Below the pieces are notes generated by a model. It was not told where the DNA came from. It made no database searches and was given only the letters and a program-made list of their open reading frames with translations. Of a DNA stretch of 64,000 nucleotides, positions 8,032 to 18,054 are shown piece by piece. Source of the DNA: a virus. A program made the position numbers and the translations under genes. The DNA is taken from IMG/VR virus record IMGVR_UViG_3300018420_000012, positions 1 through 64,000 of that record, one strand, 5' to 3'. Each line of letters opens with the position of its first letter. Position 1 is the stretch's first letter.

Positions 8032-10023
8032 ATGTCAAACGACCCCATCATTAGCTGGGAAGATGGAGATGCCAGAGGGAAAGCCGAGGCTTTTGCTAAG
8101 TTCTCAGAATCCCAAGATGCTTACAATGGCGTATCCAGAGCTTATCATAGAGATTTTCTCGATATTGAACCAAACCGTTCAGTAAAACCTCATTTTGGAA
8201 GTCACGATTACTATGCCTTTAGGCCAGAGGAAGAAGTTCCAAGAAAAGCCAAGGGTATTATCAAGATGTGCATGGATGCTTACGATAAGGTTGGTATCGT
8301 GCGAAACATTATCGACCTCATGGGTGACTTTGGATGCCAAGGTATTAATATTGTCCATGAAAACAAAAGCGTGGAAAAGTTTGGTCAACAATGGTTTAAA
8401 AAGATAAACGGAAAAGAGAGATCGGAAAGATACCTAAACAACCTCTATAGAACTGGAAATGTATTTATCTATAGAAGCTATGCAGATATTACGCCAGAAA
8501 TCTCCACCTATCTTAAATCATTAGCGAACGATATTCGCTTAGAAACCCCAGAGATAAAAAAGAATCAAATACCTTGGAGGTATAATTTCTTTAATCCATT
8601 AACATTGGATTTGAAAGATGGAAAGGTTGGACTATTCTTAGGTAAAAAGAACTATGCATTAAATGCGAATACATTTTTCGATAACTTCAAGGATGGCACT
8701 ATACCGGTAAAAGTTCTAGAGACTTTACCAACAGATGTAAAAAATGCAATCAAGAGAAACGACAAAAAGATCGACCTAGACCCAGAAAGGCTATCAATCC
8801 ATCATTATAAAAAGGATGATTGGCAACAGTGGGCACACCCTCTTGTTTATGCTATTCTCGACGATATCATCATGCTTGAGAAGATGAAACTTGCAGACCT
8901 TGCCGCTCTGGATGGTGCAATTTCCAATATTCGACTATGGACACTTGGTGACTTTGACTATAAAGTTTTACCAACAAAAGAGGGTATCAATAAACTCCGT
9001 AATATATTAGCTAGTAACACTGGCGGCGGAACTATGGAGCTTGTTTGGGGTCCAGAACTCAAATTTACAGAAAGTAACTCTCAGGTTTATAAATTCTTGG
9101 GTTCAGAAAAATACCAATCAGTTCTCAATAGTATCTATGCTGGGCTTGGCGTACCTCCAACCTTAACTGGTATGGCTGGTCAAAGTGGTGGATTCACTAA
9201 CAACTTTATCTCATTAAAAACTTTGGTTGAAAGACTTCAGTACGGAAGAGACTCTCTCACAAAATTCTGGGAGCAAGAGTTAGAGTTTGTTAGAAAGTCT
9301 ATGGGCTTTAGAAAGCCTTTCCATGTTGTCTACGATCAAATGAGCTTATCTGACGAGGCTTCAGAAAAGAACCTTCTTCTTCAGCTTGCTGATAGAGATA
9401 TTATCTCTCACGAGACTGTCCTAGAAAGATTTAAAGAAGTTCCAGCCGTTGAAAGAGTTAGGCTGCAAAGAGAAGACAAAGCCAGAACTTCTGATAAGAT
9501 TCCCCCAAAAGCAAGTCCATTCCATAACCCTAATCATGATCAAGAGTTGGAAAAAATTGACAAGCAGGGTAAAATCAATGAAAAGATTAGCGAGAAAAAG
9601 GCCAGTCAAAAACCAAGCAACGAAAACGGAAGACCTCCTAATAAATTAGATGAGGGCCCAAGAAAGAAGCGTGTAGATACTCCTAGATCAAAACCGGGAG
9701 TAGCTGAACTTGTTGTGTGGGCAACATCTGCTTTTGAGGCTGTTGAGTGTCTCAATAAAGGATATCTTGATATGAAGTCCAAGTCTAACCTTCGTCAATT
9801 AACAAAAGATGAGGCGGCAGAACTGGACAATATTAAGCTATCTGCTTTTTTAGCACTTGAGCCGCTGTGTGAATTGAACAACAATAATATCCACAAGGCT
9901 ATTGCCTCTTCTTATTCAATTTCAGGCGATTTTAGATCACTAAGAGAAAAAAGTACAACAACTGAAAATTATAAAAAACTTGTTGTTGGCACCTATATTG
10001 AGTCATTCATTGGTGGTAATTAG
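8032..10023 (+). CDS. Portal protein
   Basis: Follows TerL; GIVRNIIDLMGDF, SIYAGLGVPP, LLQLADRDIISHET and basic GRP tail typical of portals. Confidence 0.85.
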   Translation: MSNDPIISWEDGDARGKAEAFAKFSESQDAYNGVSRAYHRDFLDIEPNRSVKPHFGSHDYYAFRPEEEVPRKAKGIIKMCMDAYDKVGIVRNIIDLMGDFGCQGINIVHENKSVEKFGQQWFKKINGKERSERYLNNLYRTGNVFIYRSYADITPEISTYLKSLANDIRLETPEIKKNQIPWRYNFFNPLTLDLKDGKVGLFLGKKNYALNANTFFDNFKDGTIPVKVLETLPTDVKNAIKRNDKKIDLDPERLSIHHYKKDDWQQWAHPLVYAILDDIIMLEKMKLADLAALDGAISNIRLWTLGDFDYKVLPTKEGINKLRNILASNTGGGTMELVWGPELKFTESNSQVYKFLGSEKYQSVLNSIYAGLGVPPTLTGMAGQSGGFTNNFISLKTLVERLQYGRDSLTKFWEQELEFVRKSMGFRKPFHVVYDQMSLSDEASEKNLLLQLADRDIISHETVLERFKEVPAVERVRLQREDKARTSDKIPPKASPFHNPNHDQELEKIDKQGKINEKISEKKASQKPSNENGRPPNKLDEGPRKKRVDTPRSKPGVAELVVWATSAFEAVECLNKGYLDMKSKSNLRQLTKDEAAELDNIKLSAFLALEPLCELNNNNIHKAIASSYSISGDFRSLREKSTTTENYKKLVVGTYIESFIGGN

Positions 10024-10050
10024 GCTTTTTTTTGAAAAAAATATTTTTTT

Positions 10051-10059
10051 GTGTATAAT
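10051..10059 (+). promoter_or_regulatory. Late-promoter motif GTGTATAAT
   Basis: Intergenic, upstream of protease/scaffold. Confidence 0.75.
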
Positions 10060-10076
10060 TGTCTGAGGTTAAAAAT

Positions 10077-11579
10077 ATGTCAATAAAAATCTATCAAAGC
10101 GAAATAAACGACGGCATTGGCGAACTCATTAAGAGTACCGCCAGTGTTGCGTATTGTTCTGAAGCCACTGTTAAAAGGGGCGAGTTAGCGGTCGCTAAAG
10201 AAGTGATCTCTAATGTAGATGTTCTCGACAGAGTGGTTGCAGAAAACAAAGACCAAATAGACCTATATTATTTAGAGTCTGTTCTTGTTTCAACCGGCTG
10301 GAATAAAAACGATGATGTATTCTTATCAGAAGCAACTTGGGCTGCTAGAAATACCCCCGAAGACAAGCAGTTCAACTTCATGCACGATGAGAATGACATC
10401 ATTGGTCATATAACTGGTAGCTATGTTTTAACTAAGGATGGCAAGGCTGTAGCAGATGAAGATATAGCTAGACCAGACGAGTTTGACATTATTACTCAGG
10501 GCGTTCTTTACAATAGCTGGACCGGTGAAGAAAACAGAGACAGAATGAGTAAAATTATAGCAGAGATTGAAGAGGGTAAATGGTATGTCTCTATGGAGTG
10601 CCTATTTGCTGGTTTCGACTACGCTTTAATTGATGAAAAAGGTGTTGCCAAAGTATTACCTAGAGATGAGGCTTCCGCATTTCTAACTAAACATCTTAGG
10701 GCTTATGGTGGAGCTGGTGAGTATGATGGATACAAACTAGGTCGTGCTTTATCTAATATTGCATTTTCTGGAAAGGGATTGGTATCTAAGCCCGCTAATC
10801 CTAGAAGTGTTATATTAAGTAAGAGTGCAGCACAATTCAATGTAAATAGCGATTCTATACTTTCAATAGGAGAATTTAAAATGTCAGATTTGCTAGAAAA
10901 GCAATTGGCTGAAGTTCAGTCGCAGCTTGCACAAGCTAAGACTGAAAACGAGGCTATTAAAGCTCAAATCGAAGAAGCAAAAGATAAAGAGTTTGCCTCT
11001 AAGGTCGAGACTTTTGAAGCAGCTGCTGAGTCGAGCCAAGCTACAATTGACGAGCTAAACGAGTCGATCAAATCAACTCAAGCTCGTGTCGCTGAACTTG
11101 AGGACGCACTTCAAGCATCCCAAAATGAATTGGCAGAAGCCATGAAAGAAGTGGATGAAATGAAGAAAAAAGAGAAAATGGAAAAGCGTAAGGCTGGTTT
11201 GGCTGAAGCTGGACTAGAAGAAGAAGAGATTTCAGAAACTCTCGCCTCCTTCGACGCTCTCAACGATGACGCTTTTGAAGCTATCGTTGCTATGATGAAG
11301 AAGAAGGCTGGTAAGAAGTATGCTAAAGATGACGAAGCGGAAGCTGGTATGCCTCCCGAAGTCAAAGAGCAGATGGAAAAGAAAAAGAAAGAAAAAGACG
11401 CTAAAGATGCTAAAGCTGAACAAGCTGAAGAAGCTGAAGCTGAAATTTCTGAAGATGCGTTTGAAAACGTAGAAACCTCGGAAGCAACTATGGTTGAGCC
11501 AGAAGCTGCTGACGAACTAGACCAAGCAAGAGCCAGCGTTGCAGACTGGTTCTCTAACCATGTTCTTAAAAACAAGTAA
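10077..11579 (+). CDS. Prohead maturation protease fused to scaffolding domain
   Basis: NKNDDVF, FMHD (His), YVSME (Ser), then an acidic coiled coil; ATG 10077 with GAGG RBS (track start 10059 overlaps the promoter). Confidence 0.82.
   Translation: MSIKIYQSEINDGIGELIKSTASVAYCSEATVKRGELAVAKEVISNVDVLDRVVAENKDQIDLYYLESVLVSTGWNKNDDVFLSEATWAARNTPEDKQFNFMHDENDIIGHITGSYVLTKDGKAVADEDIARPDEFDIITQGVLYNSWTGEENRDRMSKIIAEIEEGKWYVSMECLFAGFDYALIDEKGVAKVLPRDEASAFLTKHLRAYGGAGEYDGYKLGRALSNIAFSGKGLVSKPANPRSVILSKSAAQFNVNSDSILSIGEFKMSDLLEKQLAEVQSQLAQAKTENEAIKAQIEEAKDKEFASKVETFEAAAESSQATIDELNESIKSTQARVAELEDALQASQNELAEAMKEVDEMKKKEKMEKRKAGLAEAGLEEEEISETLASFDALNDDAFEAIVAMMKKKAGKKYAKDDEAEAGMPPEVKEQMEKKKKEKDAKDAKAEQAEEAEAEISEDAFENVETSEATMVEPEAADELDQARASVADWFSNHVLKNK
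10881..11579 (+). CDS. Nested in-frame scaffolding protein
   Basis: AGGAGA RBS at 10868-10873 before in-frame ATG 10881, exactly at the protease/coiled-coil boundary. Confidence 0.65.
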   Translation: MSDLLEKQLAEVQSQLAQAKTENEAIKAQIEEAKDKEFASKVETFEAAAESSQATIDELNESIKSTQARVAELEDALQASQNELAEAMKEVDEMKKKEKMEKRKAGLAEAGLEEEEISETLASFDALNDDAFEAIVAMMKKKAGKKYAKDDEAEAGMPPEVKEQMEKKKKEKDAKDAKAEQAEEAEAEISEDAFENVETSEATMVEPEAADELDQARASVADWFSNHVLKNK

Positions 11580-11596
11580 TCTAAGGAGAATTAACT

Positions 11597-12097
11597 ATGG
11601 CTCTTAAAGCAGATAGATACGAAGAATCAACTGATATCAGCTATTTTTACACAGCTGGTGCCGTTTCTCGCGGTGGAGTTGTTTGCCTAGAAACACTTAG
11701 TGCTTCTGGTGCAGCAATGGATCAGGGTGACAACACCGTTTCTTACCAGCAAGCAGCAGCTTCTGATGTTCCTGTTGGTGTTCTTTTGAATGACGTTGTA
11801 AATAAAGACCTAACCAGAACTCACCTTAATCAGTATAAGGATGAAGTTCAACTTGGCGGCAAAGTGACTGTCATGACTCGTGGTTGGGTTGTCACTAACA
11901 TGATTGACGGCACTCCAAGTCCGGGCGACGTTGCTTACGCATCTGACGCTGGCGGAACTGCTGGATATATCACCGATAGTGCAGCTTCCGCTACAGCTTC
12001 TGGTAACTTGGCAATTGGCCGATTCATGTCCGCTAAGGATACTGATGGCTACTGCAAAGTTTATGTCAACCTTCCTAATCACGGCCCACTTGCCTAA
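11597..12097 (+). CDS. Capsid decoration/cement protein
   Basis: Small beta-rich gene between scaffold and MCP with strong AGGAGA RBS; PVGVLLNDVV...GGKVTV...GWVVTN. Confidence 0.7.
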   Translation: MALKADRYEESTDISYFYTAGAVSRGGVVCLETLSASGAAMDQGDNTVSYQQAAASDVPVGVLLNDVVNKDLTRTHLNQYKDEVQLGGKVTVMTRGWVVTNMIDGTPSPGDVAYASDAGGTAGYITDSAASATASGNLAIGRFMSAKDTDGYCKVYVNLPNHGPLA

Positions 12098-12122
12098 GCC
12101 ATAATCTAAAGGAGATTTAATA

Positions 12123-13130
12123 ATGTCATATACAGAAAGACCAAGTGATGAATTTCTCAGTCTTTACAGAAAGACTGGTGATAACGATCAAAATGTGGCT
12201 TATGCCGCACAACGCGAATTCGCAAAAGCTCTTGAGCTTCCTTTGCGTAAGGGCGTTCTGATCGGAAACATTCTCGGAAATATTTTCGAGACTATTAACG
12301 TTGAGCCGGGAGCTACTACTGAGTACCCACTCGACCTCATTTCGCCGGGACTCGAAGGTGAGCATGTTGCTTACACCAATCCGGGTCATGGTCGCATCCC
12401 TGAGCGTGCGGTCGAAAGCGATTACGTCATGATTCCAACCTACAGCATCACTTCGAGCATTGATTATTTGCTCCGTTATGCTCGTGAGGCTCGTTGGGAT
12501 GTGGCTGGTCGTGCTGCACAGGTCATGGAAGCTGGTTTCGTAAAGAAGATGAACGATGACGGATGGCACACCCTTTTGGCTGCTGGCGTTGACCGTAACA
12601 TCTTGGTTTACGATGGTGACGCAACCGCAGGTTTGTTCAGCAAGCGACTTGTTAGCTTGATGCAAACTGTTATGCGTCGTAATGCTGGTGGTAACACCGG
12701 CTCTGCTAATCGTGGTCGTTTGACCGACCTATACGTTTCTCCAGAGGCTCTTGAAGATGTCCGTAACTGGGGATTGGATCAGGTTGACGAAGTTACTCGT
12801 CGCGAAATCTACACCGCGAGTGAAGGTGGTGCTCCTATCACCCGTATCTTTGGTGTCAACTTGCACGATCTTGATGAGCTTGGCGAAGGTCAAGAATACC
12901 AAGATTTCTTCGTGACTGGTCTTGGCGGTGCTCTTGAAGCAAGCGACCTTGAATTGGTCGTTGGTTTGGATCAAGGCTCGAATGACAGCTTCGTTATGCC
13001 AATGAAGCAAGCTCTTCAAGTCTTTGAAGACCCAACCCTACACCGTCAGCAACGAGTTGGCTACTACGGGTGGGCTGAACTTGGATTTGGTGTTCTCGAT
13101 AACCGTCGCGTTATGCTTGGCTCCTTCTAA
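12123..13130 (+). CDS. Major capsid protein (HK97 fold)
   Basis: Position, size, strong RBS, highly biased codons, C-terminal VGYYGWAELGFGVLDNR, followed by a terminator. Confidence 0.88.
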   Translation: MSYTERPSDEFLSLYRKTGDNDQNVAYAAQREFAKALELPLRKGVLIGNILGNIFETINVEPGATTEYPLDLISPGLEGEHVAYTNPGHGRIPERAVESDYVMIPTYSITSSIDYLLRYAREARWDVAGRAAQVMEAGFVKKMNDDGWHTLLAAGVDRNILVYDGDATAGLFSKRLVSLMQTVMRRNAGGNTGSANRGRLTDLYVSPEALEDVRNWGLDQVDEVTRREIYTASEGGAPITRIFGVNLHDLDELGEGQEYQDFFVTGLGGALEASDLELVVGLDQGSNDSFVMPMKQALQVFEDPTLHRQQRVGYYGWAELGFGVLDNRRVMLGSF

Positions 13131-13155
13131 TAATCCGATTGAGTTCTGATTATCT

Positions 13156-13195
13156 AAAGAGTCATCCTCATATCATTGGGGATGGCTCTTTTTTT
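13156..13195 (+). terminator. Rho-independent terminator after MCP
   Basis: GAGTCATCCTCA-tatcat-TGGGGATGGCTC stem followed by a T7 run. Confidence 0.85.
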
Positions 13196-13204
13196 GTGTA
13201 TAAT
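13196..13204 (+). promoter_or_regulatory. Late-promoter motif GTGTATAAT
   Basis: Immediately follows the terminator T-tract. Confidence 0.75.
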
Positions 13205-13261
13205 AGGTTGTAATTCGCGTCTTACAACATAATAGGATTTTCTTTAAGGGGAAAATATATA

Positions 13262-13726
13262 ATGACAGCTTTATCAGACTATCTAGAATCTGGTCTATTG
13301 CACCATGTATTCAGAGGCCAAGAATTCCCAAAATTTGGCGGTGTAGCTATCGCCCTCTGTAGTGGAGTCCCCGTTGACAGCGATGACGGAACGACTATTC
13401 CAGAATTACCAACAGGAATTGCTGGTGATGATACTGGCTACAGAAGATACAATCTTGGCAGCCCAACTGATAGTGGGAACTATTTTTGGGAATATAATAT
13501 AAATGACCACAATGCTGGAAGTGGCCTAATTAAAAATGATGTAACTTTACTATTTGATACAGCACTCCTAGACTGGGGTTGGGTATCGGGTATAGCAATT
13601 GTCGATTCCGGCGACTATGGAACCGGCAACCTCCTAATGTATTCAGAACTAAGCAATCCAAGAGTAATTTATCAGGGGGATTCAGTTAAATTTGACTCCT
13701 CTACCCTGCAAATCAAATTCAAGTAA
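13262..13726 (+). CDS. Conserved virion structural protein
   Basis: LSDYLE...GY.R...DWGWVSGIAIVDS...GNLL...L..PR.I..GD pattern common in phage structural modules. Confidence 0.7.
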   Translation: MTALSDYLESGLLHHVFRGQEFPKFGGVAIALCSGVPVDSDDGTTIPELPTGIAGDDTGYRRYNLGSPTDSGNYFWEYNINDHNAGSGLIKNDVTLLFDTALLDWGWVSGIAIVDSGDYGTGNLLMYSELSNPRVIYQGDSVKFDSSTLQIKFK

Positions 13727-13735
13727 GGTTAAATT

Positions 13736-15352
13736 ATGATTTTGACCAAATCAGAATATCTGAGTAAGATAGATATCTTACTAGCAGATAACTCTACGCA
13801 AGAGATTTCACCTTTAGATATTAGAACAAGTTTAGTAGACTTGGTTGATTCAATAGGTAATCTCGTAGAGGGTGCAGAGTTAATTGCGACAAACTTCTCT
13901 AGTCCAGACACCAGAACTACTAGGGGTGGTGATTGGTCCCTCAATAGCATGTTTTTGGCGGGAAGGTCTAGCGTAGATAACTCTGCTTTTGGTTACGCAT
14001 CACTTAGAAATAATTACAACGGAATAGAAAATACCGCTGTTGGCTCTTATTCTTTAGCTTGTAATTTATATGGTAGTCATAACTCTGCCCTTGGTTATCT
14101 ATCTCTTTCTCACAACACGAATGGTAGCGGTAATGTTGGCGTTGGCCCATTCTCACTAAGCAATAATAAACGTGGCAATTTTAATATTGGTATAGGTCAC
14201 GGTGCTGGTTACTATATAGACCAAGACGATGATTTTAAATTTTATCTTGGTTCTTTCCCAATTACTTCTGGTGACACTTGTGTTGGTGACACGCCAGTAA
14301 CCAGCGGTGCCGCACCGCTTCTCTTTGGCGACCTAAAAGTTGAATCCCATAGACTAGGGATTGGCGTTAATGAATTACACAATTATGGCATGTTGCAAGT
14401 TTCTGGCGACGTATCCCCTGTTACTAGTGGCTCTTTTAACCTTGGAAATAGCTCACGACCTTGGTCGTCTATCAATAATGAAATCCAGTTTTCTGGTAGT
14501 TTTATTGGTTTTGGCGGCCCTCCATCTGGCGATGTGCATGGTATACCAGACGCGAATACTACTATGCATGGCGACCTGCTTCCGGGGGAAGACGGCAGGT
14601 GGGCTTTAGGTAATCCGGGAACTGGTGGAAATAATAGACTGCTTTGGGATGGTTACTTTAACGATGTTTTAATTAGCGGTCAGGCATTTATTAATGAAGC
14701 ACAATATAATACAATAGAAGAGTGCCTGTATGAATGTAAGACGTTACACTTAGCTACTAGCGGCTTCTGCGACCCAGAAAGCAATGGTTTTGACGATTCT
14801 GCCGTTTGCGGAATCTTGAACGATGAAGGGCTAGACGGTGCTGGTTTTGAAATTCACTCCAGTGGTGCTGGTAATTCCTACAGAAGAGATTATAGATTTA
14901 TTTATAGACCACCAGATGTTGATCTAAATTGTCTACCGGTAGATAATGCTTTCACTAGATCAAGATTTGAATCCAACATTTCTCTAGAAGTTGTTGACGG
15001 TGCAGCATTAATCAGCGAAAGATTGCTTGGTAGATATGACACCAGCTTGGCTATTCAAAGTGGCTGCATGGGTATCTTCTTAGAACCATACGCCGTTTCT
15101 GGGCAAAGGGTGGTTGTAGCTCAAGAGCCGCATTACACCAATCAGTACCCAACCCTGAATGATGTAAACTTTATCTCACGTTCTGGTACAGACATTATTG
15201 ATGGTAATCCTAGCGGTTACAATTATACCGCCATGTACGGAACTGTAGACTCTGGCGTTCAAGTCTCACAAAGATTTGCGAGTAGAATTAAAAGCTCAAG
15301 CACTGTTCGTGGATTCAGTATTGTTTACCATGACGAACTAGATCAGGAATAA
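13736..15352 (+). CDS. Fibre/appendage protein with beta-roll repeats
   Basis: N(S/T)A(F/V/L)GxxSL ~14-aa repeats; FNLGNSSRPW motif; N-terminal LADN domain. Confidence 0.7.
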   Translation: MILTKSEYLSKIDILLADNSTQEISPLDIRTSLVDLVDSIGNLVEGAELIATNFSSPDTRTTRGGDWSLNSMFLAGRSSVDNSAFGYASLRNNYNGIENTAVGSYSLACNLYGSHNSALGYLSLSHNTNGSGNVGVGPFSLSNNKRGNFNIGIGHGAGYYIDQDDDFKFYLGSFPITSGDTCVGDTPVTSGAAPLLFGDLKVESHRLGIGVNELHNYGMLQVSGDVSPVTSGSFNLGNSSRPWSSINNEIQFSGSFIGFGGPPSGDVHGIPDANTTMHGDLLPGEDGRWALGNPGTGGNNRLLWDGYFNDVLISGQAFINEAQYNTIEECLYECKTLHLATSGFCDPESNGFDDSAVCGILNDEGLDGAGFEIHSSGAGNSYRRDYRFIYRPPDVDLNCLPVDNAFTRSRFESNISLEVVDGAALISERLLGRYDTSLAIQSGCMGIFLEPYAVSGQRVVVAQEPHYTNQYPTLNDVNFISRSGTDIIDGNPSGYNYTAMYGTVDSGVQVSQRFASRIKSSSTVRGFSIVYHDELDQE

Positions 15353-15355
15353 ATA

Positions 15356-18034
15356 ATGAAAGATAGACTATCAATACATATAGATAACGGTCAAGCCGAC
15401 GTAAGAGAAGCAGTGACCGTATTAAGGAATGGTGGTACTGGTTCGCAGTCTGGATTGGTTGGTATCACTAATGCGGTTTATGATCCTGACACTGGCTCTC
15501 CCGTTATACCGAACACTATATTCAATGTTCAATCAACTGGCGACTCTACCATTAGATTTACTAGTGGTCCATCCAAGGATTATAGAAGCTCATTAGAATT
15601 ACTCGGCGTTAGTAATACGCGATCTTCTGGGTTGCACATTACCTATAATCCTGAGTTTGATGATGCGTACATCGAGGAAGTATCAAATGGCTATGGCTAC
15701 AACGAGCCATGTATCAATCCGGGGGTCAGTGATAAAACAGTGGCCGACTTTTCCCTGATTCGCCCCAGCGGAAACGAAGGGATGGAATTTTCACATATTT
15801 CTCTTTCTGAGCGTGGGTATGTCAGTATTGGATTAACAAGGGCACATGAGCAGAGAAACTTTGAAGCTAACGCACCGCTCACCATCGCATATGACTGTGC
15901 TGGACACCAAGATAGCGGCACCATATCTATTCACGAACAAGCGTCTTCACCAGCAGACCATGCAGATTTTGGTAAATTATATGTTAAACCGTATTCCGTT
16001 GGCGGCAGAACTCAAGCGATTTATTTTAAAGACGACGGTGGAAACGAAACGAATCTTGTCTTATCCCAAGACTTAGAACCTACTAACCCTGAAGATGGAT
16101 TAGTTTATGGTGATGCGTTTTGTAATACTTACGGTGGCTTAAATAGTCCTCCAACTAGAGCAGAAATATCTGCCCGAACACAAAATACATTCTATGGTAA
16201 TAACGTTGCTAACGATACGGTATATACAAGCGGCAACTTACTTATGGGGTGCGTAACCGCTAGTGGTCTCACTGAAGTATTCAATAATATTGTGCTTGGC
16301 AATGGGTCTGCACAAGATGACGGCGAACTTAAAAATAATATTCTTATCGGTCACGGGTCAATTCAAGGGCTGTCGAATGGTCTTATAAATTCTATCGTTA
16401 TCGGTCATGATTTACAGATTGATGACTCTGATGCGACCGTTGATGGACTACTTTCTATCGGGGGGTTGCTTGAGGGCAATCTTACTGAGAATAGTAAATA
16501 CCTATCAGTTACAGATGGTTACTTTTCTGTTCTTGAAACTGATGATGTAGAGTTCAAAATATCTCAAGAGTATGATGATGGACTTTCTAGGTTTACTACC
16601 AATATTGACGTTATAGATTACGAAACTTCGTCTAACACAGACTATAATCTCAAGTTTAATTTTAAAGGTAATAATCCATCAAGCTCTACCTTAACCCTAT
16701 TTAGGTTGGAGCCAAACAACACGAAGATGACCAATTCTGTTAGCTTCGGAACTCAGAGTAATCCATATGCAAGACTTGAGGGCGATTTGCTTATTAGAGG
16801 GGCTATTAAATTTGCCGATGGCTCGACTATTAATGGTCTGTCTGATGCCGAGTACACACCCGTTGCTGGTGTTACCGGCGTTCAGGTTGTATTCCAAGAT
16901 AATGTAGATAAAATCAGGCTTAATTATTCTTCACTAGATTTGGCTTCTTCACTTGATACTATAGAGCCCAGCACGGCTTTTGTGGCCCTGCAAGTTGGTG
17001 GAACTTCTTCAAGTAGTATTGGTAAAATTTCTCTTGAGGGTCTTGCTGAGTATGTTGGCGGTGGCGGTGGAGATGGAGGTGGAGACACAATCGCTGTAGA
17101 AAACTGCAATATACTGGCTACAAATTCTGAAAACAGAAACAGTGTTTCCACAGCATTAAATACCGGTTCTGTGATGATGGGTTGTGATGTCGCAGAAAAT
17201 GCCCAAGGCTGGGTAAACTCAGTTATGATTGGTACTGAGGCTGGTGCCGATGCCACTACACCAAACGCTAATCTAGATATTGAAAGTGCGGCAGTATTTA
17301 TCGGTACTCGTGCTGGTAAAGATTGCGATAATGTTTATAGAACAATTTGTATTGGTAACAATGCTGGTCAAACAGCCAGCGGCTCTACTGACTCTGTATT
17401 TATTGGGGCCAGTGCTGGGTTTGGCTCTAACTATGATGAATCTTTGGGGCTTGGTGAATGGGCACTTGCTAGTCCACTTGGCGAAGTTAATGCTGGGTCA
17501 GGAAACTTAGAAATTGTAACTGGTTTACTGAATAACCAACGACTGTTCCACCCAACTGTTCTTGATGAGAATGGCGATCCAAGACAGTTAAATTATAGGA
17601 TGAATATCCAGAATACTATCGCTGGACGCACAGATAAAAGAAATATTTCTGTCGGAGACGCTAGACTGTCACCAACAGCACCGCTAGAAGTTAGAAGATC
17701 GAGTACGCTTCATGGCGACAATCCGAACAACTATGTTCAGGCTTGGTACTGCGATGATGTTCTTGTTGCCAGCTTGGATTGCGACGGTAATTTTGTGGCT
17801 GGCGACGAAGCCCAAAACGTTGAAGGCTTTGTTGTTGGTTCTGACTTGACCGGTAGTGCAACAATGAGCCTTCCAACTTCAGGAAAGTTGAACATTTATG
17901 AAGACGGTGTTTCTACGGGGCGAGAAATTTATATTAAAAACAGAGACCCTAACTTAACCATTAACGGAGGAACTTATGTGGTCGCCACTAAGATAGGTAG
18001 TGATTATAGACCGATTTGGGTAAGCTGCTCTTAA
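15356..18034 (+). CDS. Fibre/appendage protein (892 aa) with YadA-like beta-roll repeats
   Basis: SV(M/F)IGxxAG repeats; C-terminal YRPIWVSCS. Confidence 0.7.
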   Translation: MKDRLSIHIDNGQADVREAVTVLRNGGTGSQSGLVGITNAVYDPDTGSPVIPNTIFNVQSTGDSTIRFTSGPSKDYRSSLELLGVSNTRSSGLHITYNPEFDDAYIEEVSNGYGYNEPCINPGVSDKTVADFSLIRPSGNEGMEFSHISLSERGYVSIGLTRAHEQRNFEANAPLTIAYDCAGHQDSGTISIHEQASSPADHADFGKLYVKPYSVGGRTQAIYFKDDGGNETNLVLSQDLEPTNPEDGLVYGDAFCNTYGGLNSPPTRAEISARTQNTFYGNNVANDTVYTSGNLLMGCVTASGLTEVFNNIVLGNGSAQDDGELKNNILIGHGSIQGLSNGLINSIVIGHDLQIDDSDATVDGLLSIGGLLEGNLTENSKYLSVTDGYFSVLETDDVEFKISQEYDDGLSRFTTNIDVIDYETSSNTDYNLKFNFKGNNPSSSTLTLFRLEPNNTKMTNSVSFGTQSNPYARLEGDLLIRGAIKFADGSTINGLSDAEYTPVAGVTGVQVVFQDNVDKIRLNYSSLDLASSLDTIEPSTAFVALQVGGTSSSSIGKISLEGLAEYVGGGGGDGGGDTIAVENCNILATNSENRNSVSTALNTGSVMMGCDVAENAQGWVNSVMIGTEAGADATTPNANLDIESAAVFIGTRAGKDCDNVYRTICIGNNAGQTASGSTDSVFIGASAGFGSNYDESLGLGEWALASPLGEVNAGSGNLEIVTGLLNNQRLFHPTVLDENGDPRQLNYRMNIQNTIAGRTDKRNISVGDARLSPTAPLEVRRSSTLHGDNPNNYVQAWYCDDVLVASLDCDGNFVAGDEAQNVEGFVVGSDLTGSATMSLPTSGKLNIYEDGVSTGREIYIKNRDPNLTINGGTYVVATKIGSDYRPIWVSCS

Positions 18035-18054
18035 AAATGAATAGGATTAGATAG

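Noticed and set aside
11111-13019. Long antisense ORFs over scaffold and MCP (likewise 25482-26084 and 55048-55746)
   Set aside because: Shadow ORFs produced by codon bias of highly expressed + strand genes; no RBS or protein motifs
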